This document shows positions 1 to 9,084 of a DNA stretch of 40,859 nt, piece by piece. The position numbers were made by a program, and so were the translations under genes. How positions within the stretch are numbered: position 1 is the stretch's first letter; the number at the start of each line of letters is the position of its first letter. The notes under the pieces were generated by a model that made no database searches, was not told the DNA's origin, and worked only from the letters and a program-made list of their open reading frames with translations. The stretch spans positions 1 to 40,859 of the forward strand of contig JAFUUW010000002.1 in NCBI GenBank assembly GCA_017471265.1, read 5' to 3'. This DNA is from Alphaproteobacteria bacterium (lineage in GTDB: Bacteria > Pseudomonadota > Alphaproteobacteria > RUG11792).

Positions 1-262
1 CCAACAGCGACTTAAAACCACGAAAAAAGCGAGACATAAAACAACTCCGCAAGCTTAATACTAACTCCATTGTAAGATAAAAAAACATCCGCGTCAAGGC
101 GTGAGATACATATAGTGCTGGCAAAGAAAACCTTGAAACAGTCGTATATTTTTTAAAAGGCTATTAAAAGTATCGCGGAGGTGGACATTAGACCTATATT
201 GATTTTTATATATGTGAATAAATATAATCTTGTAAAACGCAATAAACGACTATCGATCAAAA

Positions 263-754
263 GCGGGTAGTTCTAGTTCACGCCTGGAAAGCGGATTATA
301 AGCAAGTATTTAAACTTCAAGTACTTTGAAAAATCACATCTGCGACGTTTTCTGTGTTGTTATGTGTTTTTTAGCCTATTTATCCCGATGTTGTTGCGAA
401 ATAACCTTTTGTCCATAGACGTAATCTCCAGTATATTCCTCCTGGGCTGTGGAATTCTCTCTGTGACTTCCTACTATTTCCACCTTTTACACACTGTACG
501 ACTTTTGACGAGACGCGGAAATATCGAGATTAAGATATGCGTGAACTCGGGATTTACATTTCCGTTTACTATATTCACGTAATTAGTGATAGACATTCAC
601 TTCATCGTTACCTATATGTCTTTTTCACAATACTTTTGCGCAAAACACCACATAAAAGACCACACCTCCTCTGCAATTCACACATCGTATTACGCAAGAA
701 CGCCCGCCAAACAAGGCGAAGATTTTTACCCACTTCACATCCAGGAAACAAAAC
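263..754 (-). mobile_element. Degenerate IS200/IS605-family (tnpA-only, Y1 transposase) element, copy 1; right-end hairpin partly lost
   Basis: Minus-strand translation, broken by stops and frameshifts, reads ..YVVFCAKY..NGNVNPEFTHILISIFPRLVKSRTV.., which is IS200 TnpA-like. It has nucleotide homology to the other copies in this window. It ends 28 nt from the tRNA-Lys 3' end. Confidence 0.7.
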
Positions 755-781
755 AAAAACACCGCCGCCCAGCATGACCAG

Positions 782-857
782 TGGTGGGCGCCATAGGACT
801 CGAACCTATGACCCACTGATTAAGAGTCAGTTGCTCTACCAACTGAGCTAGGCGCCC
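782..857 (-). tRNA. tRNA-Lys (anticodon CUU), CCA encoded
   Basis: The reverse complement folds as a cloverleaf: GGGCGCC/GGCGCCC acceptor, GCTC/GAGC D stem, ACTGA-CTCTTAA-TCAGT anticodon arm, ATAGG-TTCGAGT-CCTAT T arm, then A-CCA. Confidence 0.9.
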
Positions 858-863
858 GACAAA

Positions 864-939
864 TGGCGTCTCCTACGGGATTTGAACCCGTGTTGCCGCC
901 GTGAGAGGGCGGTGTCCTAGACCACTAGACGAAGGAGAC
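864..939 (-). tRNA. tRNA-Glu (anticodon CUC), CCA encoded
   Basis: The reverse complement is GTCTCCTTCGTCTAGTGGTCTAGGACACCGCCCTCTCACGGCGGCAACACGGGTTCAAATCCCGTAGGAGACGCCA. It closely resembles canonical bacterial tRNA-Glu. The anticodon loop is CT-CTC-AC. Confidence 0.88.
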
Positions 940-1013
940 CCCTTCTCCGGTGATTATACCAAAACGCTCCACAACGGCAACAGCAAATTTGCCCATTGAC
1001 GCCTAAAGATGGG

Positions 1014-1475
1014 TTATCCCAAGCTTGCTTTCAGCATCCAAACCACTTTTTCGTGAAATGACAGGCGAGATCCCAGCACATCTGCAGTTCCGTGATCATT
1101 CAATTCAGCTATGCTCGCCAAGCCATCGCGCAAATCCTTGCAAATAGCCTCGTGAGCCTTCAGCAGTTCCTGCAACATACCCTTGCCATCCGCGCCTGGA
1201 GTTATCTTCTCATCGAACGAAGACAGGCTTGCAAGCTCGCTGAATGTTGCCGGAGCCTTTCCTCCTACCATACGAATTCTCTCAGCAATCACATCTATTG
1301 CAGCAAACAAATCATTATAATGACCATCCGTCATCAGATGTATATCCCAGAAATTACAAGACTGAACATTCCAGTGCACATTCTGCGTTTTCAGCAGCAA
1401 AGAGTACGTGTCAGCGAGAATTTTTGACAAGACGCATACAGACTTACATTCCGCCCCTTTTGAACAATTCGTCAT
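1014..1475 (-). CDS. dps: Dps-family DNA-protection/ferritin-like protein
   Basis: 153-aa ORF with an ATG start. It carries a Dps-like block, LLKTQNVHWNV..FWDIHLMTDGHYNDLFAAIDVIAERI. Confidence 0.8.
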   Translation of the reverse strand: MTNCSKGAECKSVCVLSKILADTYSLLLKTQNVHWNVQSCNFWDIHLMTDGHYNDLFAAIDVIAERIRMVGGKAPATFSELASLSSFDEKITPGADGKGMLQELLKAHEAICKDLRDGLASIAELNDHGTADVLGSRLSFHEKVVWMLKASLG

Positions 1476-1624
1476 AACAAAAACCTTAACTCAATACACC
1501 TATTTATACTCTGCCATAAATAGTCGCCTCATGCAAGCCCGTATATTATTCTTAAAATACCCTAGCAATATCTGTAAATTTTAAAATTTTTTGATAAGAT
1601 CGAAATAATTTTAACTTTTGACTA

Positions 1625-2285
1625 GTGTCTCAGACAGATATACGGTGAGCGTATACGAAATACAGGCGTTTTGGGGAGTACAAGATAAAAAAGATTGTGA
1701 TAAGTTTTTGTGACAATGTTGACTGCAAGCGCAACTGCTGAAATTTTATCCGTAAAGCGAAACACAGTTGGTGCGTATTTCAAGGAATTTTGCGTAAAAA
1801 TTTTGGGAAATTCTACCAAAGAACATGGCGGAGAATTTTGCGCGTTTGAATAAATGAGAGCTATTTTGTGGTACAAAGCATTCGTGAGATAAGGGGGTGA
1901 GGAGCTACGGGCAAGACACCAGTTTTTTAGTTCGCAAAACGAATCAAAAGTTCACTGCATTGTTCACAAGAGACTCTGATGCCTGTAACTCAAGACAAAA
2001 TGGCACTTCATTCTGACGAATGGAAAGCTTATGATGTGTTGATTTGAATGGGTACGTCACTCTCGTGTATACCAATTCAGAACGAATTTGATCGTGTGAA
2101 AAGTTATGTAAACGACCTCGAATGTCTCTGGAGTTTTGAAAAAGACGACTTGCAAAATTCAATGGATGATCTGGCAAATTCTTTGTCTCACATTTGAAAG
2201 AGTGTGAGTTTAGATTTAACCACTGGGGCGAAGATTTGCCATCAATCTTGGTAAAAGATTTGGGCTTAATTTTGCGACGATGCTA
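1625..2285 (+). pseudogene. IS1595-family (ISXO2-like) transposase relic
   Basis: Plus-strand frames broken by stops read ..GGEF.AFE..SYF-like..ELRARHQFF..KVHCIV..SDEWKAYDVL..RRLAKFNG..HLKECEFRFNHWGEDL. The ECEFRFNH C-terminal motif is typical of IS1595 transposases. No intact ORF remains. Confidence 0.6.
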
Positions 2286-2304
2286 TTCAAGAATCATAAT
2301 TTTT

Positions 2305-4242
2305 CTATCCCTGCAATTCTCGTATCTGATCGCGGTATTTTGCCGCGTCTTCAAAAAGCAAATTTTCGGCAGCTTCTTGCATCTTTTTTTCAAGCTTTGC
2401 AATTTCCTTTTGTGCATCTTCCTTGGAAATCGTCGCTGCCTTTTTCGTCTTTTCTCGAATGGCTGGTTGGGATTTTGAAATAGGCTGCGGAGTTATGCCG
2501 TGTTTCACATTAAACTCATGCTGTATCTTACGACGGCGTGCAGTTTCGTCCAGTGCTTCCTTCATTGATTTTGTAATTTTGTCTGCGTACAGTATCACTC
2601 GCCCTTCGGTATTCCTCGCAGCACGACCTATCGTCTGGACAAGCGATGTACGTGAACGGAGGTACCCTTCTTTGTCGGCGTCAAGTATGGCAATCAGCGC
2701 ACATTCCGGGATATCTAGTCCTTCGCGTAGAAGGTTTATGCCAACAAGTACGTCGAACTCACCAGCTTTCAGTGCTCGTATTATCTCGATCCTATCCAGC
2801 GTTTCAGTATCCGAGTGCATATACGTTACCTTGATGCCGTTTTCAGAAAGATACTCCGTCAGATGCTCCGCCATCTTCTTGGTCAACGTCGTAACTAGCG
2901 TACGGTACCCCTTCTCTGTCGTTTGCTTTATCTGGAACATCAAATCATCTATCTGATTTTCAGTCGGTTTGACCTCGCAAAGTGGATCCAATATGCCTGT
3001 CGGGCGTATGAGTTGCTCAACGGTATGATCCTTGCCGGCTCGAAGTATCTCAAATTCACCTGGGGTAGCCGAAAGGAAAATTGTCTGCGGTCTGAAGAAA
3101 TCCCACTCTTCAAACTTCAGTGGGCGGTTGTCCATACAGGACGGCAGTCTAAACCCATAATCCGAAAGGTTCTGTTTACGTGCGCGATCGCCGAGGTACA
3201 TACCTCGCACCTGCGGCACAGTAACGTGGCTTTCGTCAACGATCAGAAGGGCGTCTTCTGGTAAGTACTCAAGAAGTGTTGGCGGAGGTTCACCGGGCTT
3301 GCGTCCAGTCAGGTAGCGCGAATAATTCTCTATGCCCGAGCACGTACCCGTTGAACGCATCATCTCTATGTCAAACAGGACGCGCTGCTCCAGACGCTGC
3401 CGCTCAACAAGCTTCCCCGCTTCCTCAAGCTCCTTCAGACGCACCTGCAGATCGACTTGTATTTCTGAAATGGCACGGTTAATCAAACCTGCTGAAGCGA
3501 CATAGTGCGAATTGGAAAATACCCTGACCTCGCTCATCTGGCGTATCTTCTTGAGCGACGGATATTCCACTTCGGTTATGTTCTCTATTTCATCACCCCA
3601 AAAACTAATTTTCCAAAAGGAGTCGGATTTGTGAGCTGGAAAAATCTCTATTGTATCTCCAGTTGATCGGAATATACCTCGTTTGAATTCAAGGTCATTA
3701 CGTTGATATTGCAGATCTGCCAATTGACGACATAACTTCTGTGGAGAAATTCGTTCTCCGATCTTCAATGGCAGGATGACATCGGTATAACTTTCGATAG
3801 CTCCTATACCGTATATACATGAAACGCTAGCAACAATAATTACATCGTGCCTTTCCAAGAGAGAGCGCGTTGCCGAGTGGCGCATACGATCGATTTCCTC
3901 ATTGATGGAGGATGTCTTCTCGATGTACGTATCCGAGTGTGCGACATACGCTTCCGGCTGGTAATAGTCGTAATACGACACGAAGTACTCGACCGCGTTG
4001 TTCGGAAAGAATGTCTGCATCTCAGCAAAAATCTGAGCAGCGAGTGTCTTGTTGTGTGTCATTATCAACGTTGGACGGTTCAGGTTCTGTATAACATTCG
4101 CAATCGTAAACGTCTTCCCCGATCCAGTTACACCAACCAAAACCTGATCCACAGCTTTGTTTCGGACACCGTCGGTTAGAAAATCGATGGCTTTACCCTG
4201 ATCACCTGCAGGCTTGTAATCCGAAACCAGCTGAAAATCCAT
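2305..4242 (-). CDS. uvrB: Excinuclease ABC subunit B
   Basis: 645-aa ORF with Walker A GVTGSGKT, helicase motifs and the UvrB C-terminal ..FEDAAKYRDQIRELQG. Its start overlaps the infA stop (TAATG). Confidence 0.97.
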   Translation of the reverse strand: MDFQLVSDYKPAGDQGKAIDFLTDGVRNKAVDQVLVGVTGSGKTFTIANVIQNLNRPTLIMTHNKTLAAQIFAEMQTFFPNNAVEYFVSYYDYYQPEAYVAHSDTYIEKTSSINEEIDRMRHSATRSLLERHDVIIVASVSCIYGIGAIESYTDVILPLKIGERISPQKLCRQLADLQYQRNDLEFKRGIFRSTGDTIEIFPAHKSDSFWKISFWGDEIENITEVEYPSLKKIRQMSEVRVFSNSHYVASAGLINRAISEIQVDLQVRLKELEEAGKLVERQRLEQRVLFDIEMMRSTGTCSGIENYSRYLTGRKPGEPPPTLLEYLPEDALLIVDESHVTVPQVRGMYLGDRARKQNLSDYGFRLPSCMDNRPLKFEEWDFFRPQTIFLSATPGEFEILRAGKDHTVEQLIRPTGILDPLCEVKPTENQIDDLMFQIKQTTEKGYRTLVTTLTKKMAEHLTEYLSENGIKVTYMHSDTETLDRIEIIRALKAGEFDVLVGINLLREGLDIPECALIAILDADKEGYLRSRTSLVQTIGRAARNTEGRVILYADKITKSMKEALDETARRRKIQHEFNVKHGITPQPISKSQPAIREKTKKAATISKEDAQKEIAKLEKKMQEAAENLLFEDAAKYRDQIRELQG

Positions 4243-4460
4243 TATTTTTCGCGAAAGACTATACGTCCCTTCCCCAGGTCATAAGGCGTCATCTCGACGG
4301 TAACTTTGTCTCCGACCATAACCCTTATTCTGTTTTTCTTCATCTTCCCGGATGTGTGAGCCAGGATCTTGTGTCCATTGTCGAGCTCAACACGAAACAT
4401 AGTGCTAGGCAAAATCTCCGTTACCACCCCACCGAATTCGACTAAATCTTCCTTTGACAT
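4242..4460 (-). CDS. infA: Translation initiation factor IF-1
   Basis: 72-aa [71 protein letters not shown], which is the canonical IF-1 S1 fold sequence. Confidence 0.97.
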   Translation of the reverse strand: MSKEDLVEFGGVVTEILPSTMFRVELDNGHKILAHTSGKMKKNRIRVMVGDKVTVEMTPYDLGKGRIVFREK

Positions 4461-4543
4461 ACCAAAATATACGAAAACACCATATGGCGATTTTATCGCA
4501 TTTCACGCTACCGTGGGAGAAAATTGGACGCAGCAACTGCCTG

Positions 4544-5389
4544 CTACCGGGTCAAAAATCCGGAGAATTTGTTAAATCCCAGGTACTCTCCGAAGCCGAG
4601 CATGTAAAGGGACATAGTCATAGCTGCATCTTCTGACATTTTATGGAAGTTCACAGCTTTTGCTTGCAATTCTTCATACACAGTATCGAGGGGAGGTTTA
4701 ATGTTGCTCGAAGTTTTTGATAAAACACCTTTTATCGTATTTGGAAGTGCTAGACAGATTTTTAAAAATGCTTCTGTGTCGCCGGTTACCATCTCGTAAA
4801 ACCTATCGATGCTCATGCGACGAATTTTGGAGTGAAAAACCTTTTGACCATCAACCGTAGTTTTCCAAACTATATTCTGAGAAGTTGAAGCAATAGCCTC
4901 TACCAGGAAACAAGCGCAGTCATCAGCCTTCAGCAACTGATTTTGCATTTTTATATATGTCTTTCCGGCCGAGGATGAATTCATTGTATTATGTTTATTT
5001 TTCATCTCAATGAAAATGGTATGCACGATTTCAGAATCAGAAATTTCATAGCCGTCAGGAAAATCACATATGATGTCCCAGCCACCGTCCTTCCCGTTAT
5101 CCGGAACTCGGCAATTATTGATATATCTGAAAATGCGTTGATGAAAATATCCAATTTCATTCGTATTGGATTTATCTCTCTGTCTGAAAATTTCGCTGTT
5201 AATCAATTCTTTCCAAGATTTGTCATAAACAAATTTATCGAAAATCAATTTTATCGGATCGATCAAATTTGCATTGAATTTTGCAATATCATACGACGCC
5301 AGCTTTTCGCCATAGTACAATATGGTATGCGCAACGTGGTTCTCAAAATCATTCTGGGAGATAAAATCAATATTCCAATTCATAGACAC
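4544..5389 (-). CDS. Type II restriction endonuclease (family not resolvable here; an Eco47II/Sau96I-like family is suspected only)
   Basis: 281-aa ORF starting 4 nt after the stop of a C5-methyltransferase on the same strand. The start is GTG at 5389, or ATG at 5383 preceded by AGGA. The gene is visibly more AT-rich than its neighbours. No similarity to housekeeping families was recognised. Confidence 0.6.
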   Translation of the reverse strand: MSMNWNIDFISQNDFENHVAHTILYYGEKLASYDIAKFNANLIDPIKLIFDKFVYDKSWKELINSEIFRQRDKSNTNEIGYFHQRIFRYINNCRVPDNGKDGGWDIICDFPDGYEISDSEIVHTIFIEMKNKHNTMNSSSAGKTYIKMQNQLLKADDCACFLVEAIASTSQNIVWKTTVDGQKVFHSKIRRMSIDRFYEMVTGDTEAFLKICLALPNTIKGVLSKTSSNIKPPLDTVYEELQAKAVNFHKMSEDAAMTMSLYMLGFGEYLGFNKFSGFLTR

Positions 5390-5393
5390 TGTC

Positions 5394-6395
5394 CTATGCG
5401 AGTTGTTTTAAAGTCTTCATAATTTCCACGCCTATACGCCGGGCTAGTTCGACTGGAACAGCATTTCCTATTTGTTTGTACTGTTCGCTGACAGTTCCCC
5501 GAAAAATCCAACTGTCAGGGAAACTTTGTATACGAGCATACTCTCGGACAGTAAATGGGCGTGTTTCTTCGGGATGACAGCGCTCAGTTTGCTTTTGAGA
5601 CGGAGAAGTTGTGAGCGTCAAGCAGGGCTCATCCCAAGCAATGCGCCGAGCCATACCGCGTCGTCCTCCACCAGAGTAGTAACTTTTTCCCATGTACTGC
5701 TTCGCAACAGCTTCAGGAAGATCTACCCAGCAGCCTCCAGGAGGAATAAGTTCCATAACCTTGCTCTTTGCTTCGCTGAACCTCTGTCCATCAGAGACGG
5801 GACAATTTCTTAAAGCATCTCTGAGTGTAGTCCAATTCTCATCAGGTTTAGGATAGGTGAAAGAACTGCCCATTGCTAAGTTACTGCGAGTTCCGACAAC
5901 GACGAGACGCTCCCGTTTTTGCCCGACGCCGTAATAGCACGCATTCAATACTTGATACTGGATTTGATATCCCAGTTTTTTGAAAGTCTCTCTTATCGTT
6001 GCGAATGTCTGCCCTCCATCATGGGAAAGAAGACCACGAACATTTTCGAACAAAAACATTTTTGGTTGAACTTCTTCGATGCAGCGAGCAAATTCGGAAA
6101 ACAAAGTTCCCCTCACATCCTTAAAACCAAGCTTCTTGCCTGCATATGAAAAAGCCTGACAGGGAGCTCCTCCACTTACAAAGTCGACTGCACCGTTGTA
6201 TTGCAGAAAATTAACATCCCGTATATCGCTCTCAATAACATTCCAATTTTTGCGGTTTGTTCTCAGAGTTTCACAAGCTACATGGTCTATCTCCACGATT
6301 GCAACGTTTTCAAATCCAGCTTGTTCAAGTCCAAGTGCAAGTCCACCTGCTCCACCGAATAGTTCCAAGTTCTTAGTTCGAAATCTATTTTTCAT
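5394..6395 (-). CDS. DNA (cytosine-5)-methyltransferase
   Basis: Canonical C5-MTase motifs are present: I FGGAGGLALG, IV GGAPCQAFS, VI ENVRGL, VIII QKRERLVVVG, IX REYARIQSFPD and X GNAVPVELA. I preferred the start at ATG 6395, which is preceded by GGGGGA. The ORF-track start at 6416 adds 7 aa. Confidence 0.93.
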   Translation of the reverse strand: MKNRFRTKNLELFGGAGGLALGLEQAGFENVAIVEIDHVACETLRTNRKNWNVIESDIRDVNFLQYNGAVDFVSGGAPCQAFSYAGKKLGFKDVRGTLFSEFARCIEEVQPKMFLFENVRGLLSHDGGQTFATIRETFKKLGYQIQYQVLNACYYGVGQKRERLVVVGTRSNLAMGSSFTYPKPDENWTTLRDALRNCPVSDGQRFSEAKSKVMELIPPGGCWVDLPEAVAKQYMGKSYYSGGGRRGMARRIAWDEPCLTLTTSPSQKQTERCHPEETRPFTVREYARIQSFPDSWIFRGTVSEQYKQIGNAVPVELARRIGVEIMKTLKQLA

Positions 6396-6509
6396 ATAAC
6401 ATCCCCCTGCCGCCATTGTACGCCATTACGCTGCTCGCGTTAAGCTTCTCATTTCTTTCCTGTGGCTCTCTATGTTACCCTTGCTGTGTCTGCGGGGTGT
6501 GGGGTAATT

Positions 6510-7211
6510 GTGAGGGAGATATCGCTTGATACAGAAACGACGGGGCTTTCGTTTGCAGATGGGGATAGGTTAGTTGAGATAGGCTGTGTCGAGATAATCG
6601 ACAAGCGAATTACTGGTCGAAACCTGCACGTATACATTAACCCAGAGCGCGAGATGTCCGAGGATGCGAGCAGGATAACTGGTCTCACTTATGGCTTCTT
6701 GAAACAGTTTCCTCCATTCAAAGAAGTTGCTGCAGAATTTTTGGAATTCATCGCTGGAGATAGGTTGGTTATACACAATGCGCCATTCGATATGGGATTT
6801 CTAAATAACGAGTTGAAGCTATCGGGGCTGCCGTTACTCGACACCAATAATGTCGTCGATACGCTCGTTATGGCTCGTGAAAAATTTCCTGGTTCACCAT
6901 CGACTTTGGATGCACTCTGTCGTCGTTTTTCCGTGGATTCCTCTTCGAGGACAAAACACGGAGCATTGATAGACGCAGAGCTGTTGGCTGAGGTTTATCT
7001 GTGTATGTCGGTTGAGCAGAGGCAGGGCAACCTGTTTGGCTCGCTTCAGCCCAAGAGCGAAAACGTCGATACCTACGTTGAATTTTCTCGCCATAGTTTC
7101 GAACACCGAAGTTTTCCGCCGAATGCCGATGAACTGGAATTACACAAAGCATTTTTACAAAAGCTGCGCGATCCTATATGGAATAAGCTTTCGAATACCA
7201 CGACGGGATAG
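6510..7211 (+). CDS. dnaQ: DNA polymerase III epsilon subunit (3'-5' exonuclease)
   Basis: Exo motifs are LDTETTGL (ExoI), HNAPFDMGFL (ExoII) and HGALIDAELLAEVY (ExoIII). I chose the GTG at 6510, giving MREISLDTETTG. The ORF track allows 6462. Confidence 0.9.
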   Translation: MREISLDTETTGLSFADGDRLVEIGCVEIIDKRITGRNLHVYINPEREMSEDASRITGLTYGFLKQFPPFKEVAAEFLEFIAGDRLVIHNAPFDMGFLNNELKLSGLPLLDTNNVVDTLVMAREKFPGSPSTLDALCRRFSVDSSSRTKHGALIDAELLAEVYLCMSVEQRQGNLFGSLQPKSENVDTYVEFSRHSFEHRSFPPNADELELHKAFLQKLRDPIWNKLSNTTTG

Positions 7212-7663
7212 TGAGCAAACTTTCGGATGTATTTTTTTCGACATTAGATGCGATGTCGCGCTGGGCGGCGGGAAAATCGATGTGGCCACTGTCCTGCGGA
7301 TTGTCCTGCTGTGCCATAGAAATGATGCACGCAGCAGCTGCTAGGGTTGACCTCGACAGGTACGGGTGCCTCTTTCGTCCTAGCCCGCGACAAGCTGACC
7401 TACTGATAATCGCAGGGACGGTTACGACCAAGATGCTGCCTCAGTTGTTAACACTTTACGCACAGATGCTCCAGCCAAAATACGTTATCGCAATGGGAAG
7501 TTGCGCCATCAACGGTGGGCTTTATGCACAATCTCCAAGTGTCGTACCCAATGTTGGAGTATCCCTGCCCATAGATGCCAGCGTCCCTGGCTGCCCGCCA
7601 ACACCGGAAGCCCTAGCGGATGCTATAACAAAACTACAGTTGAGGATTGCAAAAAGAAAATGA
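7211..7663 (+). CDS. nuoB: NADH-quinone oxidoreductase subunit B (complex I, N2 cluster subunit)
   Basis: 150-aa ORF with WPLSCGLSCCAIEMM, MGSCAINGG and PGCPP cluster-ligand motifs. The GTG start overlaps the dnaQ stop by 1 nt. No other nuo genes are adjacent. Confidence 0.88.
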   Translation: MSKLSDVFFSTLDAMSRWAAGKSMWPLSCGLSCCAIEMMHAAAARVDLDRYGCLFRPSPRQADLLIIAGTVTTKMLPQLLTLYAQMLQPKYVIAMGSCAINGGLYAQSPSVVPNVGVSLPIDASVPGCPPTPEALADAITKLQLRIAKRK

Positions 7664-7816
7664 TTTTGCTTGCATATTGTGATGTGTTTGGCTTGAATTG
7701 ATTTGCAAAATCATAGATGAATACGAGGTTGTGCAACCATGATGCAAGAATAAAATTTGAATCAAAACCGGAATTGTCGAAAACCAGGTGTTTACTCAAA
7801 GTACGGGCATTATGAG

Positions 7817-7981
7817 TTATTCTTTTTTCCAAAAGGGGCGAAAAAAATGTCCTGATTTGCCGAGCGGCAGTCAAGCTTGAAGGGCGGAGCCCGGAAAGCA
7901 AGCCGCAGGGCGCAGCGTAGCTTGACGGCACGCCGAAAGGCAAATCGGTATAATGCGCTTAGCCCTTTGGGAAAAAGTAAT
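7817..7981 (+). repeat. ~165-bp nested palindromic repeat element, copy A
   Basis: Three arm pairs: TTTTCCAAAAGGG..CCCTTTGGGAAAA, CTGATTTGCC..GGCAAATCGG and GCAGTCAAGC..GCTTGACGGC. These surround a GC-rich core. It is one of 5 copies in the window. Confidence 0.9.
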
Positions 7982-8062
7982 TCGCAAAAATTCTCTTCAA
8001 ACCGCATCTCACTTGCGCAAACCCATCTTTCCCCACAACATCTTTACGCAACTTCCTGATGT

Positions 8063-8515
8063 TTGCTTTCTGTCCTAGCGAACCCGAGAGCAGAACTTCC
8101 AGCTGGCTCTTCCGAAGAGCAAGTTTTTGCGGATCAGTTGTGTAAATTCAAACGCCTGGATAAAGCACTCAAGTTTAACAAGAAAATTCTATGGTCTTTT
8201 CGCGGAGGATATGATGTCGATAAAATTATGTTATGGATTGCTTGTATCGATTATTCTCGAGTAAAACTGAAAATAATTATCAGGTGTAGTGATGTTACTC
8301 CACTCATTGTCCACTTCTCGCGAAAGTACAACTGGCTCGCGATAAGTGCTCCGATGTTCAAGGACTTTGCGCTTAGCAACAAATCAAAGACATCGTATGC
8401 CGGCACCCTGGATTTTCTGAATGGCAAAGCGAAGAGCCTCAAGGTATCTGATTTAAATTCCCTAAATGACAAAGTTGCAAAATGCAACGGCATAAGCGGA
8501 CGCACTTGGCGGTAA
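8063..8515 (+). CDS. Hypothetical ORF (TTG start) in a probably decayed region; coding status doubtful
   Basis: This is the only ORF of at least 150 aa in 7990-9085. No recognisable motif was found. It is overlapped by similar-length minus-strand ORFs. Confidence 0.2.
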   Translation: MLSVLANPRAELPAGSSEEQVFADQLCKFKRLDKALKFNKKILWSFRGGYDVDKIMLWIACIDYSRVKLKIIIRCSDVTPLIVHFSRKYNWLAISAPMFKDFALSNKSKTSYAGTLDFLNGKAKSLKVSDLNSLNDKVAKCNGISGRTWR

Positions 8516-9084
8516 CCTGACCTCTCTTATTTCTCTGATAAGGATGCAATGGCAGATGAAAACTGTCAGGTAAAACTCTTTCTTGAAGGTTATTACCTTG
8601 ATCGTCTCTTGATGCATACGCAGGACTGCTTCGAGATGTCGTCGCGATAATTTTCGGGAATTTCGGTATAGATGTTTCAAAGGTATTACGTGCATTTGCA
8701 GCACAAAACAACGTGCCAGTTTTCAGAAGCAACAGCTTCGGACTCGAGGGGAATAACTTGCCTTTCGGATACGAATGCAGTGCTACCACTCACCAACTCA
8801 CCGAAAATAACTTCCAAATCGAGATGGACGTACGGTAACGACAAATTCATTTCAACAACAGATGATAATTTAAGTTATTTCTGCTCTGTAGTTACGTCAG
8901 TAATCTCATTATTACTATGATGCCAGAAAATTTAGGTCTTCAATTTCTCATATATTCTGCAACAAAACGAGTTGTGTCGAGAAAATTTAATAAATTGTGT
9001 GAATTAGAAAAATATCTCGTCGATAAAAAGGAAAACATAGAGAACTTTCCTATTAAAAACTTTAAATAATTTTTGTGATACCTT

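Noticed and set aside
537-851. 104-aa plus-strand ORF spanning the end of IS200 relic copy 1 and tRNA-Lys
   Set aside because: It reads through a tRNA gene on the opposite strand and through mobile-element debris. There is no motif support.
7925-7962. TTGACG ... TATAAT inside the right arm of the palindromic element as an outward promoter
   Set aside because: The spacer is 21 nt, which is too long for a sigma70 promoter. The TATAAT is TACAAT in copies B and C. I kept this only as a note.
7810-8059. 60-110-aa ORFs running through the palindromic elements on both strands, e.g. 7877-8059, 7810-8007, 14600-14782, 14650-14850, 24445-24660, 31130-31465
   Set aside because: The similar peptides (..LTAARKANQYNA.., ..RPSSLTAARQIR..) only reflect translation of the repeated palindrome. 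The frames and ORF boundaries differ between copies, and both strands are open because the sequence is its own near-complement.
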